This document shows, piece after piece, positions 55,539 to 64,000 of a DNA stretch of 64,000 bases. Positions within the stretch are counted from its first letter, which is position 1. Every line of letters starts with the position of its first letter. The notes beneath the pieces are model-generated. The model saw only the letters and a list, made by a program, of their open reading frames with translations, ran no database searches and was not told the DNA's origin. This DNA is from a virus: IMG/VR virus record IMGVR_UViG_3300025528_000005, positions 69,139-133,138 of that record. One strand, written 5' to 3'. The position numbers and the translations under genes are program-made.

Positions 55539-57038
55539 TTAACAGCGCTTCTTAATCAGCCGCACCATTGCGCTTTCGGCGAGGCGGTACGTTGATCGAT
55601 AATCATCGGCGCGTTTTTCGACTAAACCTATTTTAATCTCTCCAGCTTGGTGAGAAGCCTGATTTCTCCTCATCTTCTGCTCAATCATCTGTGTGATGTA
55701 CCATTTTGCAGCCAACGCCGCCCCTCCGATAATCATCAGAGTCTTTACGATCCCAGGAAGTCCTCCTGGTGTTTGTGATTGAGGCAATAGATTCTGCTGG
55801 CGGAATCGCTCGTAAGGAGTCATCTCAACGTGTGGGCCATTACCGACAAAACCTACGTTGGTTCCAGGTATGTAAGTCGATCCGTTCACATGAACGAAAG
55901 CTCGATCAGTGACATACTCTGGGAGCAATGACGCTTGTTTCACGGAAGGCATCAAAGCCGAGATGATAGCAGGATTGGGCCCCTGCGGTTCTCCAAAGTC
56001 CTTCTCAGCCATAGGAAGCCCTTCGATTCCGACTTCCTTGATGTAGCCAGCCACCAAGTCTCCAATCCCTTCTCCTTGCTTGCCCATCGTCTTTCGAGCG
56101 ATAAGCTCCGACAGCCAGCTAATCGAAGGGCTGATTCCTAGATGAGCCAGGGATTCGAGCACGGGTTTGAGCTCGTAGTTTCGAAGAATGTCGAGCGCCC
56201 TCTCGTCCGGGTCCGAAACCTTGTCAAGCACCGCATCGAGATTTGGATCGGCGTCGATCACCACACCGTCCGTGACCTCTTTGATGAACTCACTGAGCTT
56301 TTTGAGCGTAGCTGTCTTTTCGGTCAGACCTTCAACTTCAGCGAGTTCGGCGGAACCTATGACACGTCCTTCGTCAGAAGCGACTTTCTGCAAAACGGAG
56401 CTGGTAACGTCGGCCGGCCGAATTACGATGGAAATATCGAAAAATTTAAGCGGGGCAACGTTCAAGGCCATGACCTTGCGTCCGTCAGGATAAATGCGCC
56501 CTAGCTCTTCGGAGAGGTGTTCGCAGTACTCCTGTCGGGAATGAGCCCGGTTACCGCATATGCTGCAAACGTCGTAAGGCGTGCGGCACGCCATAGACGT
56601 AGCAGGGTAGTCTCCTCGCTCAATGCGTTCGATGACGTCTCGGCCTTTGTCTTTGTCGATCCAAGCAATGAGCTCGACCCGGTGCATGCGATCGTTGTAG
56701 ATGGCGAAGACCACCTGGCCGATCGCCTTGGCAGGATCCTTGTTGATGTGATTGCGGAAGACGTGCGCCGGCGACGTTTCGAACGTCTTGTAGTAATCCA
56801 GGAGCGTGTTCTCTGGGAAATAGTCCTGGTTCCGATTGGCGCCGAAATACTCCCCTGCCCCCATCGCCAGGATGTGGAGGTAGACCTTGTTGGGCTCCGG
56901 GTGAATGCGAGAGATGTATTCGACGATCTTGCTGTCCGCCGCGGCCTTGATGAGGCCGGAGCGGTCGGTACCATCGATGATCCGGATAGCAGGTTCGTTC
57001 TCGGCGAAGTAGGGATCCGACTTGATAAGCTTAAGCAT
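55539..57038 (-). CDS. Putative prohead maturation protease
   Basis: Position before the scaffold gene; H(VFRN)H, ATSMAC and F.DIS.V..PAD patterns; CSICG Zn knuckle. Confidence 0.55.
   Translation of the reverse strand: MLKLIKSDPYFAENEPAIRIIDGTDRSGLIKAAADSKIVEYISRIHPEPNKVYLHILAMGAGEYFGANRNQDYFPENTLLDYYKTFETSPAHVFRNHINKDPAKAIGQVVFAIYNDRMHRVELIAWIDKDKGRDVIERIERGDYPATSMACRTPYDVCSICGNRAHSRQEYCEHLSEELGRIYPDGRKVMALNVAPLKFFDISIVIRPADVTSSVLQKVASDEGRVIGSAELAEVEGLTEKTATLKKLSEFIKEVTDGVVIDADPNLDAVLDKVSDPDERALDILRNYELKPVLESLAHLGISPSISWLSELIARKTMGKQGEGIGDLVAGYIKEVGIEGLPMAEKDFGEPQGPNPAIISALMPSVKQASLLPEYVTDRAFVHVNGSTYIPGTNVGFVGNGPHVEMTPYERFRQQNLLPQSQTPGGLPGIVKTLMIIGGAALAAKWYITQMIEQKMRRNQASHQAGEIKIGLVEKRADDYRSTYRLAESAMVRLIKKRC
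55629..55635 (-). promoter_or_regulatory. Late promoter motif TAAAATA
   Basis: Upstream of the scaffold gene, inside the protease 3' end. Confidence 0.55.
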
Positions 57039-58341
57039 TATTCTTGCGTGAGTGATTGAACAGGGCTGCTCCGGCTGCGGCCATACCCAGGCCGCCTACC
57101 GCCCTACCGAGCCCTTTCGCAAACCGGCCCTTGTTGTGAGCGATGTACTCACCGATCTCCCGGGCCGAGTTGCGTCGGTAGTTCTTCGATCCTTTGATGT
57201 ACTCCGTGCCGATCCCGTGCTCGCCCCGCTGGACGTGAACGTTCGTCTGGAAGTTCTTGTAGATCATATTCTTCTGCGCCTTCTGCACGCTCTTAGGCTG
57301 GATTTTGTAGAAGAGGTTGCCCTCCATCTTCCGGAACATCGTCTTGACCTCGGGGTTCGTCACGCCTCGATATTCCTGACGCCAGGTCGGCAAATTGATT
57401 TTTGCGACGTACTTGTTCTGACCGGTCAGATGGCGCTTCATCGCCTTTCCGAGCGCCTTCCTCTGCTCCCGGATCAGGTCGGCCTGGTTCTTGACCTTCC
57501 CGGCAGAGATGGCTTCCTGCTGCGCGGCGTAGTTCTGGGCGTGAAACTTCCGCTTCTCCGCGAACACCAGATTCTTGTTCTTCTCGCCGAGACCAACGAC
57601 TCCGGAGACACCCTTATCGGAACGGTTGGGCTTCAAGCCCTGCCTCTTGATGTTGGCGATGTTCTCCGCGGTCGAGCCGTGGTAGAGTGTTTCACGGCCG
57701 GTCAGATGGCCGCGATCGAACTGATTCTTCGTGATCTTGAGACCGGAGTAGACGCCGGCCGCCCCCGCCGCCTCGCCATAATAGGCCTTCTCATCCTCAG
57801 CCCGTTTCTCCTGGCCTTGAGCCTTCAGTTCTCGATGGATGCCTCGAAGCGCAGCAAGGGCCTTTCGGTCCAGCTCTGCTTGCAGCGCGGCACGATCTCG
57901 GTTGTCCTTATTGGTTTTGTAATTGGCCGCGCTGACGCCTAGGCCCGTCGCGCTGATTCCGAGAGAGGCCTTTGCGGAAAACGGAGTCTCCTTCCACGTC
58001 TTGGCCAGATGCTTTCCAACACCGGCCAAGCTTGCCGCTTTATCGAGAAACGGATTTGCGTCCGCCAAGGCCTTGCGTTTGAGATGCTGATAGCTGAGCT
58101 CGAGCGCCTTGCCGGCCGCCGCACCTTTGGCAGCACCGACTATGGTGTTCCTTACTCCTCTCAAGCCGAGACGAAAATTTCCCTCGTCTCCCTGACGAGT
58201 TGTGCTCAGCGCACCGTCCAATGCCCCGCCTGCTCCAAAGGCCGTGGTCATAGGATTCCGCCGACCGGCATTGACCGCTTCTCGGGCCATTCGGCCGTAC
58301 TGTCGCAGATCAGCTACCTTCTCAAGGTATTTGTTAGACAT
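57031..58341 (-). CDS. Tagged putative internal head protein with ADP-ribosyltransferase-like domain
   Basis: Starts MSNKYLEKVAD; TLYHGSTAENIANIKRQGLKP...LVFA....A.NYA. Confidence 0.7.
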   Translation of the reverse strand: MSNKYLEKVADLRQYGRMAREAVNAGRRNPMTTAFGAGGALDGALSTTRQGDEGNFRLGLRGVRNTIVGAAKGAAAGKALELSYQHLKRKALADANPFLDKAASLAGVGKHLAKTWKETPFSAKASLGISATGLGVSAANYKTNKDNRDRAALQAELDRKALAALRGIHRELKAQGQEKRAEDEKAYYGEAAGAAGVYSGLKITKNQFDRGHLTGRETLYHGSTAENIANIKRQGLKPNRSDKGVSGVVGLGEKNKNLVFAEKRKFHAQNYAAQQEAISAGKVKNQADLIREQRKALGKAMKRHLTGQNKYVAKINLPTWRQEYRGVTNPEVKTMFRKMEGNLFYKIQPKSVQKAQKNMIYKNFQTNVHVQRGEHGIGTEYIKGSKNYRRNSAREIGEYIAHNKGRFAKGLGRAVGGLGMAAAGAALFNHSRKNNA

Positions 58342-59098
58342 AGGCTTTAGGAGAAAACGAAGACGCCGACGAAGTTTGAGCGTAGCGGGATTCGAGTTCC
58401 GTCAGGGTCCTGATCGTCTGAGGGTCGATACCTTCACCGTGAACAGCGTTGGCCAGAATCGATGATAGCAGATTGGCATCAGTGGCGACGTGAGGAGCGA
58501 ACTTGAAGATCGTCTCAGCGTAGTTCATGACCTTCTCTTGCTTGGCCTGACGCAAGATCGGGTTCATCGAGATGGCTCGACGCAGTGCTTCGACAAACTG
58601 GTTATGCATCTTGCTGTTCGCAATGCTCTTGGCAGCCGTAGCCAAACCAGAAACGCCGAGACCCAGGGTGACACCAGCCAAACCCTTTCCAATTCCCTTG
58701 GTGAACTCACCAGCCAGATCGGATACATTGAAACCGAAGGCTGCGCTCTTGGTTAGCAGCTCTTCGTAAAACCCTTCGAGAAATTCAAGCGCCTTCTCCT
58801 CGTCGCCGGCGCACTTTTCCAAAGCCAGCTGTTTGATCTTTTCAAGCATTCCTGTTCCTTTAAAATCTGCCGACTTCGTCTGAAAATCGGCTTTTACCTT
58901 CTGTATTGCAGTTTCGTGAGAGACCGGACGAAGCTTTCCCGTCGTTCCCTTCACGCTGATCCTATTTGTTGTATTCGGCATATTTGGTTTTGCCGCCGAA
59001 ATTGCACCGCCTCCGATGCCAAACCCGAGGCCACTTCGAGGATAAGTTCTGGGGCTGCCTAGAAACCCTCGCACCTTTTGAGCAGAGATCGTCGGCAT
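58334..59098 (-). CDS. Hypothetical head protein
   Basis: LTKSAA motif and TM-like segment; the real start may be MLEKIKQ at 58849. Confidence 0.6.
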   Translation of the reverse strand: MPTISAQKVRGFLGSPRTYPRSGLGFGIGGGAISAAKPNMPNTTNRISVKGTTGKLRPVSHETAIQKVKADFQTKSADFKGTGMLEKIKQLALEKCAGDEEKALEFLEGFYEELLTKSAAFGFNVSDLAGEFTKGIGKGLAGVTLGLGVSGLATAAKSIANSKMHNQFVEALRRAISMNPILRQAKQEKVMNYAETIFKFAPHVATDANLLSSILANAVHGEGIDPQTIRTLTELESRYAQTSSASSFSPKAYV

Positions 59099-59101
59099 CG
59101 C

Positions 59102-59920
59102 TTATTTTTTCTCCGTCTTTCTCGGCGACCACTTGTCCATGACCTTCTTACCGACATAGGCCGCTGCGACCGGCGCGGCGGCGGCCAGGCCATAGCTCGC
59201 CATGTTTTTCGACACGACCTTCTTCAGGAACTGGTTCGCCGCCTTTCCGCCCTTGTGCGCCTTGATGCCTTTGTAGGCGTGATAGTTCGCTGCACCTTCT
59301 TCCCGGAGAACAAGGGCACCTGGAATGGCTGCTACGGCAGGGGCGTAGTCTCTGGTTTTCTCGTTGGACAGAGCTCCGACGGTTGCCAGTTCAAACACAC
59401 CGTGCGATCGAGGATGTCGGCCGATCATCGTACCGACACGCTTTAGCTTGGCATGGGTCTGGAGATCTTTGGCGTGTCCCAGCTCGTGCATGATGATGTC
59501 TTTGTTGACGGTCTTTCTCGAGCCGAGACCTGGCTTTTTCACTCCGGCTATGAATCCTCGGCCCCCGGAGGGATTGTAGATATATCCCGGCGCACCACGA
59601 ACGTTGGAGTGTGAAACAGTGTTGGCCGAACGGGGGTCCAGCTTTTCCCTGCGTTTCATATGCTCTCGGGTGTTGAACGTGACGTTCTTGTGCAGATTGT
59701 TGTCTCGCATGAACTTCTTGATCGTACCGTGATCCGACACGCCCGTATCATTGATAGTGGCCCTAATTTTACGGCTAGTGTAATTCGATAGGAGTGCAAC
59801 CGGAACCTTTCCGACACCTCCTGCTATGAGCGCACCGTACGCCTTTCCAAACTCCGTGCCGGGGTTCTTACGCTTAGGCTCTTCCCCCTTCTCCGCGATT
59901 TTCTCCAGGTACTTGTTCAT
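59102..59920 (-). CDS. Tagged putative internal head protein with zincin (HExxH) metalloprotease motif
   Basis: Starts MNKYLEKIAE; IIMHELGHA...LREEGAANY. Confidence 0.7.
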   Translation of the reverse strand: MNKYLEKIAEKGEEPKRKNPGTEFGKAYGALIAGGVGKVPVALLSNYTSRKIRATINDTGVSDHGTIKKFMRDNNLHKNVTFNTREHMKRREKLDPRSANTVSHSNVRGAPGYIYNPSGGRGFIAGVKKPGLGSRKTVNKDIIMHELGHAKDLQTHAKLKRVGTMIGRHPRSHGVFELATVGALSNEKTRDYAPAVAAIPGALVLREEGAANYHAYKGIKAHKGGKAANQFLKKVVSKNMASYGLAAAAPVAAAYVGKKVMDKWSPRKTEKK

Positions 59921-59932
59921 GCGTACCTGCTC

Positions 59933-61072
59933 CTAGTCGCGCTGAAGCGCAGACCACACGTCGTTTGAACGACCGGTCTTAGCGTCCCGACCTGGGTCGT
60001 ACATGGCAGCATCCATGGCAACCGAACCGGCTCCATAGAGAGCCGTACCGAGTCCTAGACCCTTAGCCGCAGTGAATGTCTTCGGGGTAAAAGGCTTGCC
60101 AGTCACTTTGGATTTCACAGAGCCAGCCATGTTCTGAACCTTGGTGACGCCGGGTCCGAAGGTGTTGTGAATCGAGCGGCCGGCCATGCGGGCGGGAACT
60201 TTAGCTACGGCCTTGAAGGGAGCAACCATTGCCTTCCCAAGAATCTTCCCTGCTCCGCTGGCAAGAGAGCCGATAAACGCTTCCTTGGTCAGTTCCTGTG
60301 ACACTTCCTCGGCTCTCTTCTGAAGCGCCGATCGTCTCGCAGCCTCGGCAACAATGCGCTTGGCTTCTTTGAACAGCCCGGCGAGAGCGTTGACGTCCTT
60401 AAGTTCGGCTTCCTTGAAGAGTGCATGGCCACCGAAGTCACGATGAGGCTTCAACTCGCCCGTCACGAGGACGGACAGCTGGGCGTACTCCTCTCCGTCT
60501 ACGACCGAAGCGAGCTTGTCCATGCCCTTCTCGTCGTCGGCCACAACCTTGGCCAGTTTGACGAGACGATCGTTGATTACGAGTTTCTGGGCTTCGAGAT
60601 CTTCCAGGGCCTGGCGGTTCATGGCCGCTTCCTTGATGAAGTACGCCATCTTCTCCTGTTCTTCCCGGAGACGCTTTTCTTCGTCGACAATCTCCTTCTC
60701 GACCCCAGTAAGAACCTGGTTGGTGTAAGGATCTGCATCAGCGGTGGCAGCAGGACGCATGGCCGTTGTCACGGTCTGCTCCTCGTGCCAGCCAGCCTGC
60801 TTTTCGACATCATCCGGGACCGTCACCAGGCGCATGACTTCGGCGTACTTAGCCAGAGGAAATTCAACGGTGCGATCGTCGGACATGCTGAGCACCTTCA
60901 GATAGGCAATCGTATTAGTCGCTTCGACCGCTCGCTTGATCTGATCGGAGTTGAGCTGCGCCGCGGCGGCTTGCTTAGCCAATCCGAGGCTGAGTGGGAT
61001 TTTGTTGTTCAGGAACTGCTCTACGACAGTGACGGAAATGTCACGAAGCTGTTCCGAGGTGATCTGGGTCAT
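59933..61072 (-). CDS. Hypothetical head/core protein
   Basis: 379 aa; LN..QIKR.VE..NT pattern; VEKQAG, IKEAA, FKEA and TKEAF motifs. Confidence 0.65.
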   Translation of the reverse strand: MTQITSEQLRDISVTVVEQFLNNKIPLSLGLAKQAAAAQLNSDQIKRAVEATNTIAYLKVLSMSDDRTVEFPLAKYAEVMRLVTVPDDVEKQAGWHEEQTVTTAMRPAATADADPYTNQVLTGVEKEIVDEEKRLREEQEKMAYFIKEAAMNRQALEDLEAQKLVINDRLVKLAKVVADDEKGMDKLASVVDGEEYAQLSVLVTGELKPHRDFGGHALFKEAELKDVNALAGLFKEAKRIVAEAARRSALQKRAEEVSQELTKEAFIGSLASGAGKILGKAMVAPFKAVAKVPARMAGRSIHNTFGPGVTKVQNMAGSVKSKVTGKPFTPKTFTAAKGLGLGTALYGAGSVAMDAAMYDPGRDAKTGRSNDVWSALQRD

Positions 61073-61106
61073 ATTTGTTCTCGATTAACGGCAGCGTTTA
61101 CTGCTC

Positions 61107-61113
61107 TATTTTA
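61107..61113 (-). promoter_or_regulatory. Late promoter motif TAAAATA
   Basis: Upstream of the 61072 gene. Confidence 0.6.
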
Positions 61114-61130
61114 GCCTCGAGCCGAGATTC

Positions 61131-61868
61131 TTACTTCTCGGCCGAGTTATCCTGGTTCAGATCGGTATATCCCTTGAACTCTGGGATTTCCGTTGTTTCA
61201 GAAGCTTCCGGAGCCTCATCCAAAAGGCTTTCTTCTTCTCGGTTCAAATCGGCATAACTACCGAATTCAGGTACGACTTCGGCCAGAGCCAATTCGATAT
61301 CTTTCTTGGCCGCGTCAGAATCCATGACCCAGACCTTGAGCAGGCGAGCGATGTCCATTGACATCTTCGACCATTTGACACCCTCTTTGCTGGACTCCGA
61401 CGAGTTCCCAGAAAACAGGCTCTCCTTGGCCTTGAAGACGGACATCGTGAAGAGCTCTTTTAAACCGTCGATCGGACTGATGTTGACGGCTTTCCCGAGA
61501 CGCCATTCAATGAAATCCAAGCCCTGGCTGAGTGCCCAGAGTTTCATCATGTGTTCATCTCGATCCTTGACATCGAGCAGTTCGAGCTTGCTGAGTTTGT
61601 CTAGATCAGCGACGTCATAAAACACCGCTGCATACATCTGGATGACGTCGGCGGGGATTTCGAGAATGTCGGAGATACGTTGAAAATCGCTGCTGGCCAG
61701 AAGACAGGCTTCTATATACCGACGCTTCAGAGCGCTCTTGTTGAGCTCCAAGGCTTTGGCATACAGAGCCTTCTCGGCACTATCGTCTGCGGACAGAATT
61801 GTGTCTACGAGAGGATCAGCGCCGAGGGTGTTATTCTTGATAAGTAAGGCCCTGGCATTAACACGCAT
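61131..61868 (-). CDS. Hypothetical protein
   Basis: 245 aa helical protein in a late operon. Confidence 0.6.
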   Translation of the reverse strand: MRVNARALLIKNNTLGADPLVDTILSADDSAEKALYAKALELNKSALKRRYIEACLLASSDFQRISDILEIPADVIQMYAAVFYDVADLDKLSKLELLDVKDRDEHMMKLWALSQGLDFIEWRLGKAVNISPIDGLKELFTMSVFKAKESLFSGNSSESSKEGVKWSKMSMDIARLLKVWVMDSDAAKKDIELALAEVVPEFGSYADLNREEESLLDEAPEASETTEIPEFKGYTDLNQDNSAEK

Positions 61869-61882
61869 TTATGTCGTTATGA

Positions 61883-63733
61883 CTATTCGGTATCGATGGT
61901 CGAGGCCGAAGCAGCCATCTCTTGCAGCTTAAGGTAGTTGTCGCCAAGCAAGCGATACACGCTCTTCATGCTAGCCAGGAATGCAAAGGTAGAGTCGGCG
62001 TCGCTGTTGCGAGACAGTTGATCGATATGAACTCGAGCCATGAACATGATACGGCCGAGCTTATCGATTGCTTCTTCGATGCTGGGCAGGTACTCCTGAA
62101 TTTGCTCGTGCATGTTCGGTACCTGCAGAAGCTCGGAGATGATCGTAGCCTCAGTGACCTGAGCGTCGCCAAGCTCCATCGACTTCTGGATGTGAGACAA
62201 GAACGCACCGTTAGGAGCGACGTCGTCGTTGTGCTCCGGCAGAATGCCGTATTGAGGAACTTCAGCCGGATTGTAGTCCGTGCTCGATGCCTGCTTGCTC
62301 AGATAGATTCGAGTGAACTTGGTGGCCTTAGCTTCCTTGACGAAGTTCTCCGCTGCGACAGGATCGATTCCCTCCCTGACAACGAGGATCTCCATCACCT
62401 TCGGCTCTTGACCGACAGGCTTTCCGTTCACCGTAAACTCGACACCGTCGTAACCGAGATTGAGCTCAGCTCCAAGGTACTGAACGGCCGCCAATTCCCG
62501 TTTGGTGACAGCGCAGTTCAGGTGATCTTCACATTCGAAGGAGATGTTGTCGCCGAGCTTCAGAACGACGCAGTTATACGGAACATACAGAGTAGCGCCT
62601 GCCCCTTCCGCAATCTTCCCGAAGTTGCGGTAGCCGAGAATTCGAGTGAAGTTTGACGTGCCGTAGTCGCTTATGGACACATCCACGCCGTAGGCATTGA
62701 GAGTGACGCGGCTGACTTTGAAGGGGCCCAGGAACGTACCATCGGCCAGCGACAGGAGGATCGTGTCTCCATTGGCGCAATCCCTCAGCAGAACCGGAGG
62801 GCGATAGTCGAACAGTCGATCAAGAACCTCCTTGCGATCGAGATCTTCGCCCTGAGCGATGAATCGTTCGCACAAGGCATAGTCACCGTTAGTGAACAGG
62901 GCGAGAGACCGATTTCCGGACGGAGCCAGCTTGTTCATCTTAGGAATGAATGCGTCTCGACTCGTCCCGTTTTCCATAACGATAGTGTAGTCCCGATCTC
63001 CGTCGAGGTTGGTGATTTCCCGGAAGAGTCCCCGAGTGTTGTAGTTCTGCATGGTTACCGCAACACGACGACCTGGCTGTTCGCCGACGACGTGGTATCC
63101 GGCATTCAAAATGTTAGAGATACCTTCCGGATCTAAGGTCGGATTGGCATCGGTCACAACCGAAATCGGGACGGCATTTGTCTCGGCCGCAAGACTTTGA
63201 GGCTGAGGTTTGAGGACGTCGAAGATGGCCTTTAGACCGAAGAGCTTATCGAGATTGTCGTAGACTGACTTCTCCGCAGCGAGCTTCTCAAACGTTGCCT
63301 TCTTGACGTAATCAGGCAGAACCGCCAGAAAGTCGATCAGACGGCTCGAGCTGGCATAGACATACTTGCCAGTGCGAGGTGGGTTGATGAGTTGATAGAC
63401 AGACGGGTTGGTAACCACGCTGTCCGGAATCTTGTTCGGTCTGCCCTGCTCGAGCTGGCTGGAAGCAATGACGAGAGCGACGGTCTTCTTCGTCAAAGGG
63501 AAGAACCTGTTCTTGGACGAGAAGAAGATGGAGTCGATCGGGTAGACGTTGTCGTTTTTCGAAACAACGGGAATGTAGAAAATGTCGCCGCCCGACCTTA
63601 GAACGAATACGCCAACCTTTGTGCCGCTATCCTCTTCGAGCTCTTCTGTCACATCTTGGAAATTGATAATTAAAGATCCGAGCTCAGGCACCGTCTGTAG
63701 CAGCTTGGCCAAGGCGATATCAGAAAACTCCAT
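61883..63733 (-). CDS. Large hypothetical virion/head protein
   Basis: 616 aa downstream of a TAAAATA motif; SKQAS and KEAK motifs. Confidence 0.65.
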   Translation of the reverse strand: MEFSDIALAKLLQTVPELGSLIINFQDVTEELEEDSGTKVGVFVLRSGGDIFYIPVVSKNDNVYPIDSIFFSSKNRFFPLTKKTVALVIASSQLEQGRPNKIPDSVVTNPSVYQLINPPRTGKYVYASSSRLIDFLAVLPDYVKKATFEKLAAEKSVYDNLDKLFGLKAIFDVLKPQPQSLAAETNAVPISVVTDANPTLDPEGISNILNAGYHVVGEQPGRRVAVTMQNYNTRGLFREITNLDGDRDYTIVMENGTSRDAFIPKMNKLAPSGNRSLALFTNGDYALCERFIAQGEDLDRKEVLDRLFDYRPPVLLRDCANGDTILLSLADGTFLGPFKVSRVTLNAYGVDVSISDYGTSNFTRILGYRNFGKIAEGAGATLYVPYNCVVLKLGDNISFECEDHLNCAVTKRELAAVQYLGAELNLGYDGVEFTVNGKPVGQEPKVMEILVVREGIDPVAAENFVKEAKATKFTRIYLSKQASSTDYNPAEVPQYGILPEHNDDVAPNGAFLSHIQKSMELGDAQVTEATIISELLQVPNMHEQIQEYLPSIEEAIDKLGRIMFMARVHIDQLSRNSDADSTFAFLASMKSVYRLLGDNYLKLQEMAASASTIDTE

Positions 63734-63767
63734 GAATTAGTCCTCAAAGTATATAGAGATATGCTGC

Positions 63768-63774
63768 TATTTTA
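63768..63774 (-). promoter_or_regulatory. Late promoter motif TAAAATA
   Basis: Upstream of the 63733 gene. Confidence 0.6.
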
Positions 63775-63803
63775 ACGTGCCGAGCCGGAAACCCTTTCCA
63801 GAC

Positions 63804-64000
63804 CTAGCAGCCAACCGTGACCTGATTGTGTCCGGAAGCAGCTGTTCTGGACGGTCCTTTAGTAGATTGAGATGGCGTCGGATTAGCCGTTGGAACATAG
63901 CCAGTAGGAGACGCCCCGTTGTTTGCTATCTCGTAGGCACGGCCGTAACAGATGCTATTAGCGTATTGCTCGGGGGTAATACCTGTTCGGACGTCCCTGG
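63804..64000 (-). CDS. 3' end of a CDS entering from the window edge
   Basis: Only frame that stays open, reading ...GITPEQYANSICYGRAYEIANNG...VTVGC* (read manually). Confidence 0.4.
   Translation of the reverse strand, partial: RDVRTGITPEQYANSICYGRAYEIANNGASPTGYVPTANPTPSQSTKGPSRTAASGHNQVTVGC

Noticed and set aside
61883-63733. Portal protein call
   Set aside because: Size and position fit, but I recognised no portal motif, so it is left as hypothetical.
1-64000. tRNA/rRNA genes, integrase, lysis cassette
   Set aside because: None recognised by eye; tRNAscan-SE and HMM searches would be needed to exclude them.

Overview
This window is part of a large lytic myovirus (contractile-tail) genome, about 55% GC. 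A few accessory genes look alphaproteobacterial, so that host group is a weak inference. Almost all morphogenesis genes lie on the minus strand: tail fibre and chaperone, baseplate, tape measure, tail chaperones with a -1 frameshift site, terminase, spike, tube, sheath, neck, major capsid, scaffold, putative prohead protease and a phage sigma factor. Many are preceded by a TAAAATA late-promoter motif. Plus-strand islands have their own (T/C)GGTATAAG promoter and intrinsic terminators. The main highlights are: (1) a retron-type reverse transcriptase whose 5' and 3' flanks are complementary across about 1.75 kb; (2) a complete ubiquitin-like conjugation cassette (Ubl, E2, JAB, E1; PRTRC-like); (3) eight or nine head-region proteins sharing an N-terminal M-x-N-K/R-Y-L-x-K-x-A tag, two carrying enzyme domains (ADP-ribosyltransferase-like and HExxH protease); (4) a palindromic, iteron-rich replication origin. 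All family calls come from motif recognition by eye; no database searches were run.
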